Positions 9,472 through 18,114 of a stretch of 64,000 nucleotides of DNA are shown piece after piece; within the stretch, counting starts at the first letter, position 1, and each line of letters starts with the position of its first letter. The notes beneath the pieces were generated by a model. It searched no databases. It saw only the letters and a list, made by a program, of their open reading frames with translations, and had not been told where the DNA came from. This stretch comes from a virus (Duplodnaviria; Heunggongvirae; Uroviricota; Caudoviricetes), in IMG/VR virus record IMGVR_UViG_3300033075_000957, positions 1-64,000 of that record, one strand, 5' to 3'. The translations under genes were made by a program, and so were the position numbers.

Positions 9472-10089
9472 ATGGCACAAAAGAATGTAAAATCTTGGAC
9501 TGATGAACAATTATTAAAATGCTTTCCAAAAGCAACGAGCTATCATCATTTGGCTACAATGCTGGGATTAAAACGAATAAATCGTTCTGTTCAAAGAAAA
9601 ATTAAAGAATATAATTTGGACGTTTCCAATTTAGAAAAATTGCGTAAACAACATTATCGTATTGATAAAACAAACTATAAAATAGAAGAAGTTAAAAAAT
9701 TATGTGTTGAATCATATTCTTATGCTAGTATTTTACGAAAATTAGGTTTGAGAGATTGTGGTGGTAACTATGGAACATTAAAAAAATATATCAAGCAATT
9801 TAAAATTGATATTTCTCATTTTAAAAGGGAAAGTCATTTAGCTGGAAAAACTGGATTAACTAAAGAAAAATATAAAACTAAAGCAGGTATTAGAAATCAA
9901 CTTTTAGTTAAACGTGGACACAAATGTGAAAGATGTAAAAGAACAGAATGGGAAGGAGAACAAATAAAAATAGAAATGCATCATGTAGATGGAAACAATA
10001 AAAATAATGAAGAAAGTAATTTACAACTATTATGTCCGAATTGTCATTCTTTGACACCTAATTTTCGCGGACGAAATATAGCCAAATAA
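9472..10089 (+). CDS. HNH homing endonuclease
   Basis: CERCKRTEWEG..HHVDGNNKNNEESNLQLLCPNCH is an HNH motif; its own promoter palindrome; sits between two tRNAs. Confidence 0.7.
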   Translation: MAQKNVKSWTDEQLLKCFPKATSYHHLATMLGLKRINRSVQRKIKEYNLDVSNLEKLRKQHYRIDKTNYKIEEVKKLCVESYSYASILRKLGLRDCGGNYGTLKKYIKQFKIDISHFKRESHLAGKTGLTKEKYKTKAGIRNQLLVKRGHKCERCKRTEWEGEQIKIEMHHVDGNNKNNEESNLQLLCPNCHSLTPNFRGRNIAK

Positions 10090-10094
10090 TTATT

Positions 10095-10180
10095 GGGGAT
10101 GTGTCGAAATTGCCAAACGAACTTCACTTAAAATGAAGCGGTTCTTACGAACCTTACGGGTTGAAGTCCCGTCATCCCCA
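10095..10180 (+). tRNA. tRNA-Leu (anticodon TAA), type II
   Basis: Acceptor GGGGATG/CATCCCC, anticodon stem CTTCA/TGAAG with loop CTTAAAA, long variable arm GGTTC-TTAC-GAACC, T-arm ACGGG-TTGAAGT-CCCGT. D-loop has CC where G18G19 normally sit and the T-loop has G at position 56, a compensatory swap; 86 nt. Confidence 0.65.
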
Positions 10181-10194
10181 CTTAGGAAATAAAT

Positions 10195-10329
10195 ATGCAT
10201 AAGCAAACTATTTTTTCTATCAACCTCAATCATACGATTTACTTTCTTCCTACAGAAGAAGAAAAAATCAGTATTTGGAAAGAGATAGTTCATATTGAGA
10301 AAAGATGGGAACTTGGTAGTATTTACTGA
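10195..10329 (+). CDS. hypothetical 44-aa protein
   Basis: ATG 7 nt after AGGAAATAAAT; below ORF-track cutoff; the minus ORF 10090..10350 overlapping it is rejected. Confidence 0.3.
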   Translation: MHKQTIFSINLNHTIYFLPTEEEKISIWKEIVHIEKRWELGSIY

Positions 10330-10436
10330 GGCGTGCAGTTTAGAATCCATGGAGCGGGAAGACCTCTACCCGGAGAAGATGGAAACATTTATCAGTTTGA
10401 ATAACGCTGATTTAACAATTTTATGTATCTATTTAA

Positions 10437-10772
10437 TTGGAACTGAAGATGAATGATCCATTAGATCAGTTGCAATTTTCGGATTTCGGTCCTCATTTTA
10501 TGAAACAATCTTATCTCAACTCCTACGGAGTTGAAATAGTGGGAGATAAACCACACGAATATAGTAATAATGCGTTTACTATGATTTGGAAATATGGTTT
10601 TATGCAATGCACCTCACTATCTTTCGGACGTAAAATTGCAGAGGAATGGGCGTTTTATTTTGTATGGCACTGGCTTCGGGGAGGAGACTGTGCTGATTTA
10701 GATACAAAAGCGTGTAAATTTGTGGAAGCTTCTATACGCAAGCATCCGTATTATCGAAAGTATTGCTTATAA
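10437..10772 (+). CDS. hypothetical protein
   Basis: ORF 111 aa. Confidence 0.45.
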   Translation: MELKMNDPLDQLQFSDFGPHFMKQSYLNSYGVEIVGDKPHEYSNNAFTMIWKYGFMQCTSLSFGRKIAEEWAFYFVWHWLRGGDCADLDTKACKFVEASIRKHPYYRKYCL

Positions 10773-10794
10773 TATCAATCGAGGAAGCAGTCGT

Positions 10795-11427
10795 ATGCGG
10801 ATTAAATCGAACTTCAGAGATTATTACGACGGGCTTCAATCTTTAGATACTGACAAAAATACATTGTGGATTCGTCAGCAAAAAAGAGTTGAGGTTATCT
10901 TAAATAAAAACACTCCGAAGAACATACGTTATTTCTTCGAAGATACTTTTAGGATGGCTAAATGTTATAGAAATGTCGATACTTATACATATTGGTTGAT
11001 AGTAGGTATCGCTGGAAAAATGTACCCAATATGGGTTAAAAATAAACGTTTTATATACGATCAAAGTAAGCAACCCACTGTTAGGGACTATTGTTTTTAT
11101 AATTATCATTATAAGCAAAATCCTTGGTATCAAATCTATATTAATGACGAAATGTTGTTACAACATATGTTTGATACATATGGCCCGGTATGGTCTATTG
11201 GAACAGGCGAGTTGGCAGAGTCGATTAATTTTGTGAACTGTAATCCGCGTTTAGCGGATTATGGTTTTCATAAGTTCATGCCGGTACACGAAATTTACAA
11301 CGAGTTATACAAATTTCTGTGCAATTCTCAAAGGCTGCTCCGTCCGATTCCGGAAATGGATAACGATACGAAAATTCATCAGGCAGGATTTGATCTGAAA
11401 ACTTCTTTTAGAAAGTCTAAAAAATGA
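10795..11427 (+). CDS. hypothetical protein
   Basis: ATG at 10795 (MRIKSNFRDYYDGL..) with GAGGAAG RBS. Confidence 0.45.
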   Translation: MRIKSNFRDYYDGLQSLDTDKNTLWIRQQKRVEVILNKNTPKNIRYFFEDTFRMAKCYRNVDTYTYWLIVGIAGKMYPIWVKNKRFIYDQSKQPTVRDYCFYNYHYKQNPWYQIYINDEMLLQHMFDTYGPVWSIGTGELAESINFVNCNPRLADYGFHKFMPVHEIYNELYKFLCNSQRLLRPIPEMDNDTKIHQAGFDLKTSFRKSKK

Positions 11428-12380
11428 CATGGGATAAAATTGAGGTTAAATGCGACCCGCAAGGGCTAGTGTCTAAGTATATTTTTACGAGCAAAGATGC
11501 CGTATCTGAATCTGTTCTGTACCGTTATCCCACGTACTTAGAGCGTACAGTTATCTGTTGCAGTACCCAAAGCGGATGTCCGGTTGGTTGCCGTTTCTGT
11601 GGAACAGGCGACTTCTTTGTTCGCAATCTTAACCACGACGAGATTGTTTCTCAGCCGGTGCGGTTGTTGCAGGATACCAACATTGATCCGGCCACTATTA
11701 AGCGTTTACAGATTATGTTTATGAGCATGGGCGAGCCTATGCTTAACTGGCGTAATCTTCGTGAAGCACTTCATACTTTGTATCGACTGTATCCATCTGC
11801 ACGCTTACTAATCAGTACGATTGGTCCACGCAGGGATAATGATTTCTTTGATCTTAATTGTCTGTCAATCGATATCCCAACAATCGGGCTTCAATTTTCT
11901 GTACACGAATCATCGAACGCGGCCCGCGATCGTTTGATTCCGTTCAAAGCCAAATATACTCTTGAAGAAATCGCAACAAAGGGTGCTGAATGGCATACCG
12001 CATGTGGACGTAAACCGTTTTTTAATTATTGTGTCCACGATAAGAATAATTTGATCGAAGATGCAGAGCGTTTACGTGATCTGTTTGACCCGCGTATCTG
12101 GAACGCTACCCTATCGGTTATATGTGAACGTACCGAACATGTAACTGCTTCCAATGATTATCAAAGGCAACTTGCAATTGATTTTGGTAACATGATCGGA
12201 GACATGGGATATGATTTTAGAGTTTTTGATCCTGCCGGTGCCGATACAATAGGATCGGGATGTGGCCAATTATGGTTTGTTCAAGATTGGGCTTCGAAGC
12301 ACTCAGATAAAGTTAAACGTAGTTGTGGCAATGGTTTGCCAAAAGTACATACGCCCACATTAAATCAAAAACCGATTTAA
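11424..12380 (+). CDS. RlmN/Cfr-family radical SAM RNA methyltransferase
   Basis: CCSTQSGCPVGCRFCGTGDF matches the RlmN SSQVGCxxxCxFCATG cluster; MSMGEPMLNW matches MGMGEPLLN; C-terminal GADTIGSGCGQLW matches the conserved ACGQL cysteine motif. Confidence 0.7.
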   Translation: MTWDKIEVKCDPQGLVSKYIFTSKDAVSESVLYRYPTYLERTVICCSTQSGCPVGCRFCGTGDFFVRNLNHDEIVSQPVRLLQDTNIDPATIKRLQIMFMSMGEPMLNWRNLREALHTLYRLYPSARLLISTIGPRRDNDFFDLNCLSIDIPTIGLQFSVHESSNAARDRLIPFKAKYTLEEIATKGAEWHTACGRKPFFNYCVHDKNNLIEDAERLRDLFDPRIWNATLSVICERTEHVTASNDYQRQLAIDFGNMIGDMGYDFRVFDPAGADTIGSGCGQLWFVQDWASKHSDKVKRSCGNGLPKVHTPTLNQKPI

Positions 12381-12401
12381 ATAAAAAGTGCGAAATAAAA
12401 T

Positions 12402-12572
12402 ATGCAAAAATGGGAATACCATCTCGTTTCTAGTAACAGTTTTACATATGATCGCGTAAGAATTCTTACCGACGTGGGACGCGAAGGATGGGAATTAGTT
12501 CAGATACTTTGGCGTCCGCGATCGGAAAAGATAACTCTTTTTGTGTTTAAACGTCCAATATCAGATGTGTAA
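12402..12572 (+). CDS. small protein, DUF4177-like
   Basis: 56 aa: MQKWEYHLVSS..GREGWELVQILW pattern; below ORF-track cutoff. Confidence 0.4.
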   Translation: MQKWEYHLVSSNSFTYDRVRILTDVGREGWELVQILWRPRSEKITLFVFKRPISDV

Positions 12573-12573
12573 T

Positions 12574-12855
12574 ATGAAAATTCCAACACCTGCCGAATTC
12601 ATCGCGTTGCAAGATATTAGTAATGAATCAGAGGTAAATGCCATTCAAGATAAAATTCTTTTTGATATGCAAATTAATATGAAGGGAAATACATATACTG
12701 GGACTATAAAAGGACCAGTCTCTGATCATATTATGAATCGTGTAAAATATAAATTTGAACGGGCTGGATGGAAGTTCAAATATGAACTTATTTCTGATTT
12801 GCGTTTTAGTCAAGATTACTTTTATACTATTTCACATAACTTATCTAATAATTAG
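12574..12855 (+). CDS. hypothetical protein
   Basis: ATG at 12574 (MKIPTPAEF..). Confidence 0.4.
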   Translation: MKIPTPAEFIALQDISNESEVNAIQDKILFDMQINMKGNTYTGTIKGPVSDHIMNRVKYKFERAGWKFKYELISDLRFSQDYFYTISHNLSNN

Positions 12856-12866
12856 GGGATCATAAA

Positions 12867-13133
12867 ATGCTAGATATTGGCGAAATACGTAAAATAAGCA
12901 AGATTTTTGATATAGGACGAGCCACTGGCTTATATGAAGAACGACTATATCTTTTTGCAGCTTATGTTTTTCACCGATTTCCCGATTCTGCAAAATCATA
13001 TCACGAAGAATGGGCTTTTCGATTTGCAACTGGACAAGAGTACGAGCGGTCAGATTTACACGGGCAAGCGGTTTTAAAAGAATTAGCACCAATATTTTAT
13101 GGCCACGAAAATTCTTTACAGAATAGTACATAA
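12867..13133 (+). CDS. hypothetical protein
   Basis: AGGGGAT RBS. Confidence 0.4.
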   Translation: MLDIGEIRKISKIFDIGRATGLYEERLYLFAAYVFHRFPDSAKSYHEEWAFRFATGQEYERSDLHGQAVLKELAPIFYGHENSLQNST

Positions 13134-13455
13134 ACAACACGGATTTGGTCCGTGGTATATAAATTCAGATACTTACAGAGCGTATCCTCGCGGGCGATGC
13201 TTCGATTCAAAATATCGGTTTGCTGCTCACAACTACAAGTCTTTAAAGTTTTGGATAGAGATGTTAAGAGATGAGATTGAAAATCCGCCTTCTGATTTTG
13301 AAGTTCGTATATACAGAGTAAAAAAGAAATTCACGAGATCAACAGATAAAGACAGATTATTATCGGAAAAATTGTTTGTTGTAAAACGGTCTAAACTTTT
13401 AGGAAAAATATGTTTGGATAAATTATACGGAAAATTACAAAATGATTGTCAATAA
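13099..13455 (+). CDS. hypothetical protein
   Basis: ORF 118 aa, overlaps the previous gene by 35 nt. Confidence 0.4.
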   Translation: MATKILYRIVHKQHGFGPWYINSDTYRAYPRGRCFDSKYRFAAHNYKSLKFWIEMLRDEIENPPSDFEVRIYRVKKKFTRSTDKDRLLSEKLFVVKRSKLLGKICLDKLYGKLQNDCQ

Positions 13456-13975
13456 AGAAATTTCCAACGCTTTACATTTTGCAATCCAAGCACATAATGG
13501 ACAAAAACGTTCTCACGGAGGACCGTATGTCCTGCATGTTATTCGCGTAGCCGAACGCGTTTCAGCTAATCTTCAAATTGATATGCTGAATAATTGGCAC
13601 GTTGGTAATAACGGATGGTATACCGATACCATTTGTGCCGCTTTATTACATGACACGTTAGAAGATACCACTGTAACGAGCAATGATTTAAAATCACGTT
13701 TTGGAGAACGTGTAGCAACGATGGTAAAAAGTCTAACAACTGACGGTTTAAATAACGAAGAACTTTATTCAAAAGCAAAAACGTGGCATTATTATACTCG
13801 TATTATTAAATTAGCAGATATTTATGATAACGTAAAAGAAGGCCAGTTATCATGGAGTTCTGAAAGAATTAAACGTTATGCGGCCAATAAAGCCGATTTT
13901 ATTCGTAGTTGTTTTAATGTTGCTGATGTCGGTTATAATGAAACACTTCGATTATGTGAGGAATCTCAATTATGA
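13442..13975 (+). CDS. HD-domain phosphohydrolase (RelA/SpoT-type HD)
   Basis: HGGPYVLHVIRVAE .. AALLHDTLEDT is a His..HD motif. Confidence 0.6.
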   Translation: MIVNKEISNALHFAIQAHNGQKRSHGGPYVLHVIRVAERVSANLQIDMLNNWHVGNNGWYTDTICAALLHDTLEDTTVTSNDLKSRFGERVATMVKSLTTDGLNNEELYSKAKTWHYYTRIIKLADIYDNVKEGQLSWSSERIKRYAANKADFIRSCFNVADVGYNETLRLCEESQL

Positions 13976-15144
13976 GCAGTCTAATCGTTCAAATTCGTAC
14001 TATTACCAATATTCGTCCGCATAAAAATCCGGAAAAGACTCGAATAGAGATTGCGGAAATTGATGGATGGCAATCCATTATTCCCAAGGGACAATATGCC
14101 GTTGGCGATAATGTCGTATTTATTCCGCCCGATTCGGTAATGACCAAAGAAATCTCCGATAAGTTAGGAGTTACTAACTATTTAAAGAATGGTCGAGTAA
14201 CGTCAATCAAACTCGGCGGAGAAATGTCTTTTGGTATTATTGTAAAACCTGATCAGAATTGGCCGGTTGGCACCGACGTTGCTGAGCACTATCAGATTAC
14301 AAAATACGAGCCGCCAATAGTAACTCGTAATGGTAATTGTCCTCCCGGTACGGCTCCGCAAAATCCTCGATTCTTCCATAAATTTACAGATATTGAGAAT
14401 ATTCGACACTTTAAGACTGTTTTGGACGGTCACGAAGTAATATGTCTCGAAAAGATTCACGGAGCAAACTGGCGGGCATGTCTTGGATATAATGAGAACG
14501 GTACGAAAGAGTTCGTAGTGGGTTCACGCAATACCGTTCGTAAGGTACCTACTAAAAAGATTTCGGTCTTACCGTGTAATAAACTTCACGCATTATACTT
14601 AAAGTTACGTCGTTTTGTTGGTTTTGAGAAGATGGAAGAGGTGTTTGATATTAATGCGGCACGCAAGGATTGGTATCATCATGTTCTGTGTAATCAGGCA
14701 GAGTTTGGTAATGTCCAAAAAATGATCGAAGATATATCGCGTCATACTGGTGCTATGAATGTAGCGTTATATGGCGAAACGTTTGGCGATGGTATCCAAA
14801 ACATGACGTATGGAAAAACCAATGGCCAGATGGGTTTTGTCGCTTTTGCATTGGCAGTTGATTACAAATACGTTGATTATGATGTATTCATCAATTGGTG
14901 CGTAATGTACGATATACCTACTGCACCACTTGTGTACCGTGGACCGTATCTCTTCGATACTATACGATCATTATCGAGCGGTAAGTCGCTGATTAAAGAT
15001 GCGAATCATATTCGTGAAGGCGTAGTGGTTTTGCCCACAAAAGAAATGCATGGCCCATCTGGTAGAATTATTTTCAAATCAATTAACGATGATTATCTGC
15101 TAAGTAAGGAATCGGGTAAGATTAGTGATAGTACTGATTCGTAA
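13972..15144 (+). CDS. RNA ligase (Rnl2-like nucleotidyltransferase) with N-terminal tRNA-binding OB-fold (Trbp111/CsaA/Myf-like) domain
   Basis: N-terminus VQIRTITNIRPHKNPEKTRIEIAEIDG..YAVGDNVVFIPPDSVM matches the tRNA-binding-domain pattern (V..HP.ADKL..VDVG..IVSGA.N...GD.V.VA); EKIHGANW matches ligase motif I (KxHG, as in T4 Rnl2 KIHGTN). Confidence 0.6.
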   Translation: MSSLIVQIRTITNIRPHKNPEKTRIEIAEIDGWQSIIPKGQYAVGDNVVFIPPDSVMTKEISDKLGVTNYLKNGRVTSIKLGGEMSFGIIVKPDQNWPVGTDVAEHYQITKYEPPIVTRNGNCPPGTAPQNPRFFHKFTDIENIRHFKTVLDGHEVICLEKIHGANWRACLGYNENGTKEFVVGSRNTVRKVPTKKISVLPCNKLHALYLKLRRFVGFEKMEEVFDINAARKDWYHHVLCNQAEFGNVQKMIEDISRHTGAMNVALYGETFGDGIQNMTYGKTNGQMGFVAFALAVDYKYVDYDVFINWCVMYDIPTAPLVYRGPYLFDTIRSLSSGKSLIKDANHIREGVVVLPTKEMHGPSGRIIFKSINDDYLLSKESGKISDSTDS

Positions 15145-15153
15145 TCAAACAAG

Positions 15154-15432
15154 GTGGCAGTTATGAAAGTTAGCATTACAGTTGATGATATCCTGACAGG
15201 AAATAAAAATTGTGTTTATACCAATCCTGTTGTACGATCTATCGATAGGACTTTAAACCGTACGGTTGCAACTGTTACCGAATTCAAGCATCTTTCACCG
15301 GTTTCTGTAGGTTCTGCACAGTTTGCTACAAAAAATCGTATAAGCTATATTCCAAGAGCAATAGTAGATTGGTTATGGAGATTCAACACGCATCAACCAG
15401 TATTTCCAATTGAATTTGAGGTAAATCTATGA
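15154..15432 (+). CDS. hypothetical protein
   Basis: AAGGTGG RBS. Confidence 0.45.
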   Translation: MAVMKVSITVDDILTGNKNCVYTNPVVRSIDRTLNRTVATVTEFKHLSPVSVGSAQFATKNRISYIPRAIVDWLWRFNTHQPVFPIEFEVNL

Positions 15433-15683
15433 TTATGGCGTGTATACTTTTATATTTTATTATTGGACTAATAATTACTTTCTTTTTAGATATTTCAAAA
15501 ATAGATGACTGGCATGACTGGTGGACCGTTCTTTTTGTTGGATTGTTTACAATAACGTTTTGGCCTATTGTTGTGGTTTTATTTATAGTTATTCTTCAAC
15601 GAGAACTTAATGCAGCGAGAAATACTAAAATATCCTCATCAAATATTGAAAACCAAGAGCCAAACGATACAGAAGATCGATGA
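15429..15683 (+). CDS. small membrane protein
   Basis: Two hydrophobic helices. Confidence 0.4.
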   Translation: MIMACILLYFIIGLIITFFLDISKIDDWHDWWTVLFVGLFTITFWPIVVVLFIVILQRELNAARNTKISSSNIENQEPNDTEDR

Positions 15684-16041
15684 GAATATCTTATGTTTAG
15701 CAGTAGATATTACAGATACGATTAATGCTTATCCAAATTGCGTTGGTTTAGCTGCTAACCAAATAGGAGAGCTACATCGAATTATTGGTGTATCGATAAA
15801 AAATCGTGTCAAAATAATGGTTAATCCAGTCGTTATCTCTGGATACAATATATATGCCGATAATGAAGGATGTATGTCTTGTGACGGTGCCTCTATCCCA
15901 ATCAATCGATTTAGATTCATTGATGTAGAATATACGGATTTGTGCAATAAATATCATACAGAAAAATTCATAGAATTTACTGCACGAATTATACAACATG
16001 AAATTGACCATCTAAATGGTGTTTGTATAGTAGATAAATGA
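15610..16041 (+). CDS. def: peptide deformylase
   Basis: All three PDF motifs are present: GLAANQIG (GxGxAAxQ), EGCMSC (EGCLS), QHEIDHLNG (HExxH); overlaps the upstream ORF by 74 nt in another frame. Confidence 0.7.
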   Translation: MQREILKYPHQILKTKSQTIQKIDENILCLAVDITDTINAYPNCVGLAANQIGELHRIIGVSIKNRVKIMVNPVVISGYNIYADNEGCMSCDGASIPINRFRFIDVEYTDLCNKYHTEKFIEFTARIIQHEIDHLNGVCIVDK

Positions 16042-16274
16042 GTATATTATGAGTTGGAAACGTAAAGAATTTGATGCTAAAAAGCAAACGCGTAAAGAGT
16101 TTATAGAGCGTAAAAAAATAAGCGGAAAACATCATCCAAAAAAGGTAAAATATGTTGTGGTTAAAGATACTGATTGGCTTTCCAATATCGAGTTGGCAAA
16201 AATATAAATCTCATTATTGCTAGGAAAAATATGAACTATTCATCACTAGATGAAAAAAATATTAAAGGGTCAGT

Positions 16275-16523
16275 ATGTCGGAAGAACATGATGTTAGGAA
16301 TGATTCGTCGATCGAAAACGATGAAAAACTATCAGAATACAATAGAACAGCCGAATTGCCCGCCAGTGCGATCAAAGCAAGACTTGATAATGCAAAGATT
16401 CAGATCGAAAATCTAATTAAGATTAAAGAATCTACTACTGATAAAAATTTGTTAGAAAAAATTGATAAGCGTATTTCTTACTGGAATTTGGCAATACGTT
16501 CTTATGAAACCTTGTTATCATGA
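16275..16523 (+). CDS. hypothetical protein (coiled-coil like)
   Basis: AAAGGGTCAG RBS. Confidence 0.45.
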   Translation: MSEEHDVRNDSSIENDEKLSEYNRTAELPASAIKARLDNAKIQIENLIKIKESTTDKNLLEKIDKRISYWNLAIRSYETLLS

Positions 16524-16945
16524 CAAAAATACAATTAATATCTAATGATATAAAAACTCTTGAAGAAATTTGTAGCAATCTAAGACAAGAACTAGAAGAT
16601 ATTTATTGGGATAATGAGCAAGTTTTTTGGGACGAATATCTTTGTGGTGCATGTGGAGTTGCTGCATATACATTAACACAGCGTCTAATTCGATTAGGTT
16701 ATGACGCTAAATTTTGTTGGAACAGTTGGGACGGACACTGCTTTACAGAAATAGATGGATATATTTTAGATGTTACCGCAACTCAATATGGTGCGGAACC
16801 AATTTGCATCATTCCCATCGATGAGATTTGTCAATCGTTTTGGGAAAAATATATACATGTCGATATTGATGATATTGATGATATATTTGACGGATGGCCC
16901 TATCATGAGCATCCTAAATTTGCGGAGGATCTGTGTTTGTTATAA
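16520..16945 (+). CDS. hypothetical protein
   Basis: ORF 141 aa. Confidence 0.45.
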   Translation: MTKIQLISNDIKTLEEICSNLRQELEDIYWDNEQVFWDEYLCGACGVAAYTLTQRLIRLGYDAKFCWNSWDGHCFTEIDGYILDVTATQYGAEPICIIPIDEICQSFWEKYIHVDIDDIDDIFDGWPYHEHPKFAEDLCLL

Positions 16946-17154
16946 TTTGTTTAGGAGAAAAAGGTATTTCGGATATTATTGGACCTTTTGATACTGAGCG
17001 AGAGGCTCAGTTATATATACATTCAAAAAATTGTCCGAATGATATTGCTCATGTTTTAATTTCAAAAGTCAAACCTCTTGATTGGTATAAAAAATATGAG
17101 TTTCCACGTTTAGTAAAGGAAGAAATAGATGAAACCGGCAAGACCGCGACCTAG
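16933..17154 (+). CDS. hypothetical protein
   Basis: ORF 73 aa. Confidence 0.4.
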   Translation: MFVIICLGEKGISDIIGPFDTEREAQLYIHSKNCPNDIAHVLISKVKPLDWYKKYEFPRLVKEEIDETGKTAT

Positions 17155-17344
17155 AGTAATTATTGAAGTGACTAAATCGGTAGTTATCCCGACATTACTT
17201 TTATCAGGAGAAGGAGTGCCTATTGTTTATCTGTGGGACTGGGATGCAATTTCCCAAGGAGAAGAACCTCCGGATATTCCTGAATGGGTTTATGAAGAAT
17301 ATTATTTGCGAAATGGAAAGCAATTAATTCATGAAAATTATTAA
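17129..17344 (+). CDS. hypothetical protein
   Basis: ORF 71 aa. Confidence 0.4.
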   Translation: MKPARPRPRVIIEVTKSVVIPTLLLSGEGVPIVYLWDWDAISQGEEPPDIPEWVYEEYYLRNGKQLIHENY

Positions 17345-17564
17345 ACAAAATAGAGACGTTGAATTTCTTACTAAATGTGACGGAAATCGTCCCGGACTTT
17401 ATACCGATGGTGAAAATTATTGGTTAGTAGATGTAACTGGTAAGATGGTAGGTTTTTTTGCAAAGACGGATTCCACCTACTTAACCGAAAAGGTTGCACT
17501 CAAGATCAGCTTGATAGTCATATTAGGCTTTATAAACTTGTATATGATCCTTTGTTATCTTTAA
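17331..17564 (+). CDS. hypothetical protein
   Basis: ORF 77 aa. Confidence 0.4.
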   Translation: MKIIKQNRDVEFLTKCDGNRPGLYTDGENYWLVDVTGKMVGFFAKTDSTYLTEKVALKISLIVILGFINLYMILCYL

Positions 17565-17583
17565 CTATATCAAATTAATTAGG

Positions 17584-17656
17584 GCTCTCGTGGCTCGAAT
17601 GGATAGGCATCCGCCTTCTAAGTGGAATTACGTGGGTTCGAATCCTACCGGGAGCG
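17584..17656 (+). tRNA. tRNA-Arg (anticodon TCT)
   Basis: Acceptor GCTCTCG/CGGGAGC (one G·U), D-loop GAATGGAT, anticodon stem TCCGC/GTGGA with loop CTTCTAA, T-arm GTGGG-TTCGAAT-CCTAC; 73 nt; overlapped by the spurious 5' extension of ORF 17590. Confidence 0.65.
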
Positions 17657-17658
17657 TT

Positions 17659-18114
17659 ATGAAAATATCAGATAAATATCTTCGCGGTGTTTGTAATGAT
17701 TGGCATACCGAGTTGTCATATAACGAAGAGATGAAGTGTAACGTTCATAAACGCACCAAACGATGCCTTAGATTATTAGCCGAATATATAGGAATTCCTT
17801 CAGATAAATACAGAATAAGAAGTAATTTAGCAGGATGTGCCGTCAGTGGTGAAGTAACGTTACATAGTGATCCTGTCGATCCAAACGGATCGGGAATTTA
17901 CATACAAATTGGACAAATGGACCCGTTTTCGTCAGAAACAACGGGATCGATCTTATATCGAAGATGTAAGAATCTGACAGATTATACAGGCGGTGGTAAT
18001 CGGTGGGCACTTCTTGATGATTATTTTCACGACAATAGTTCAGTGAAAGAATTTGCGAATATATGTCAATCTTTAATGGAGAAAAACTATGAATTCTTTG
18101 GCTATTGCCGATAA
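17659..18114 (+). CDS. hypothetical protein
   Basis: ATG at 17659 (MKISDKYLRGV..) with GGGAGCG 6 nt upstream (overlapping the tRNA 3' end). Confidence 0.45.
   Translation: MKISDKYLRGVCNDWHTELSYNEEMKCNVHKRTKRCLRLLAEYIGIPSDKYRIRSNLAGCAVSGEVTLHSDPVDPNGSGIYIQIGQMDPFSSETTGSILYRRCKNLTDYTGGGNRWALLDDYFHDNSSVKEFANICQSLMEKNYEFFGYCR

Noticed and set aside
10090-10350. 86-aa minus-strand ORF
   Set aside because: It completely overlaps tRNA-Leu and lies on the opposite strand to every neighbouring gene; no RBS.
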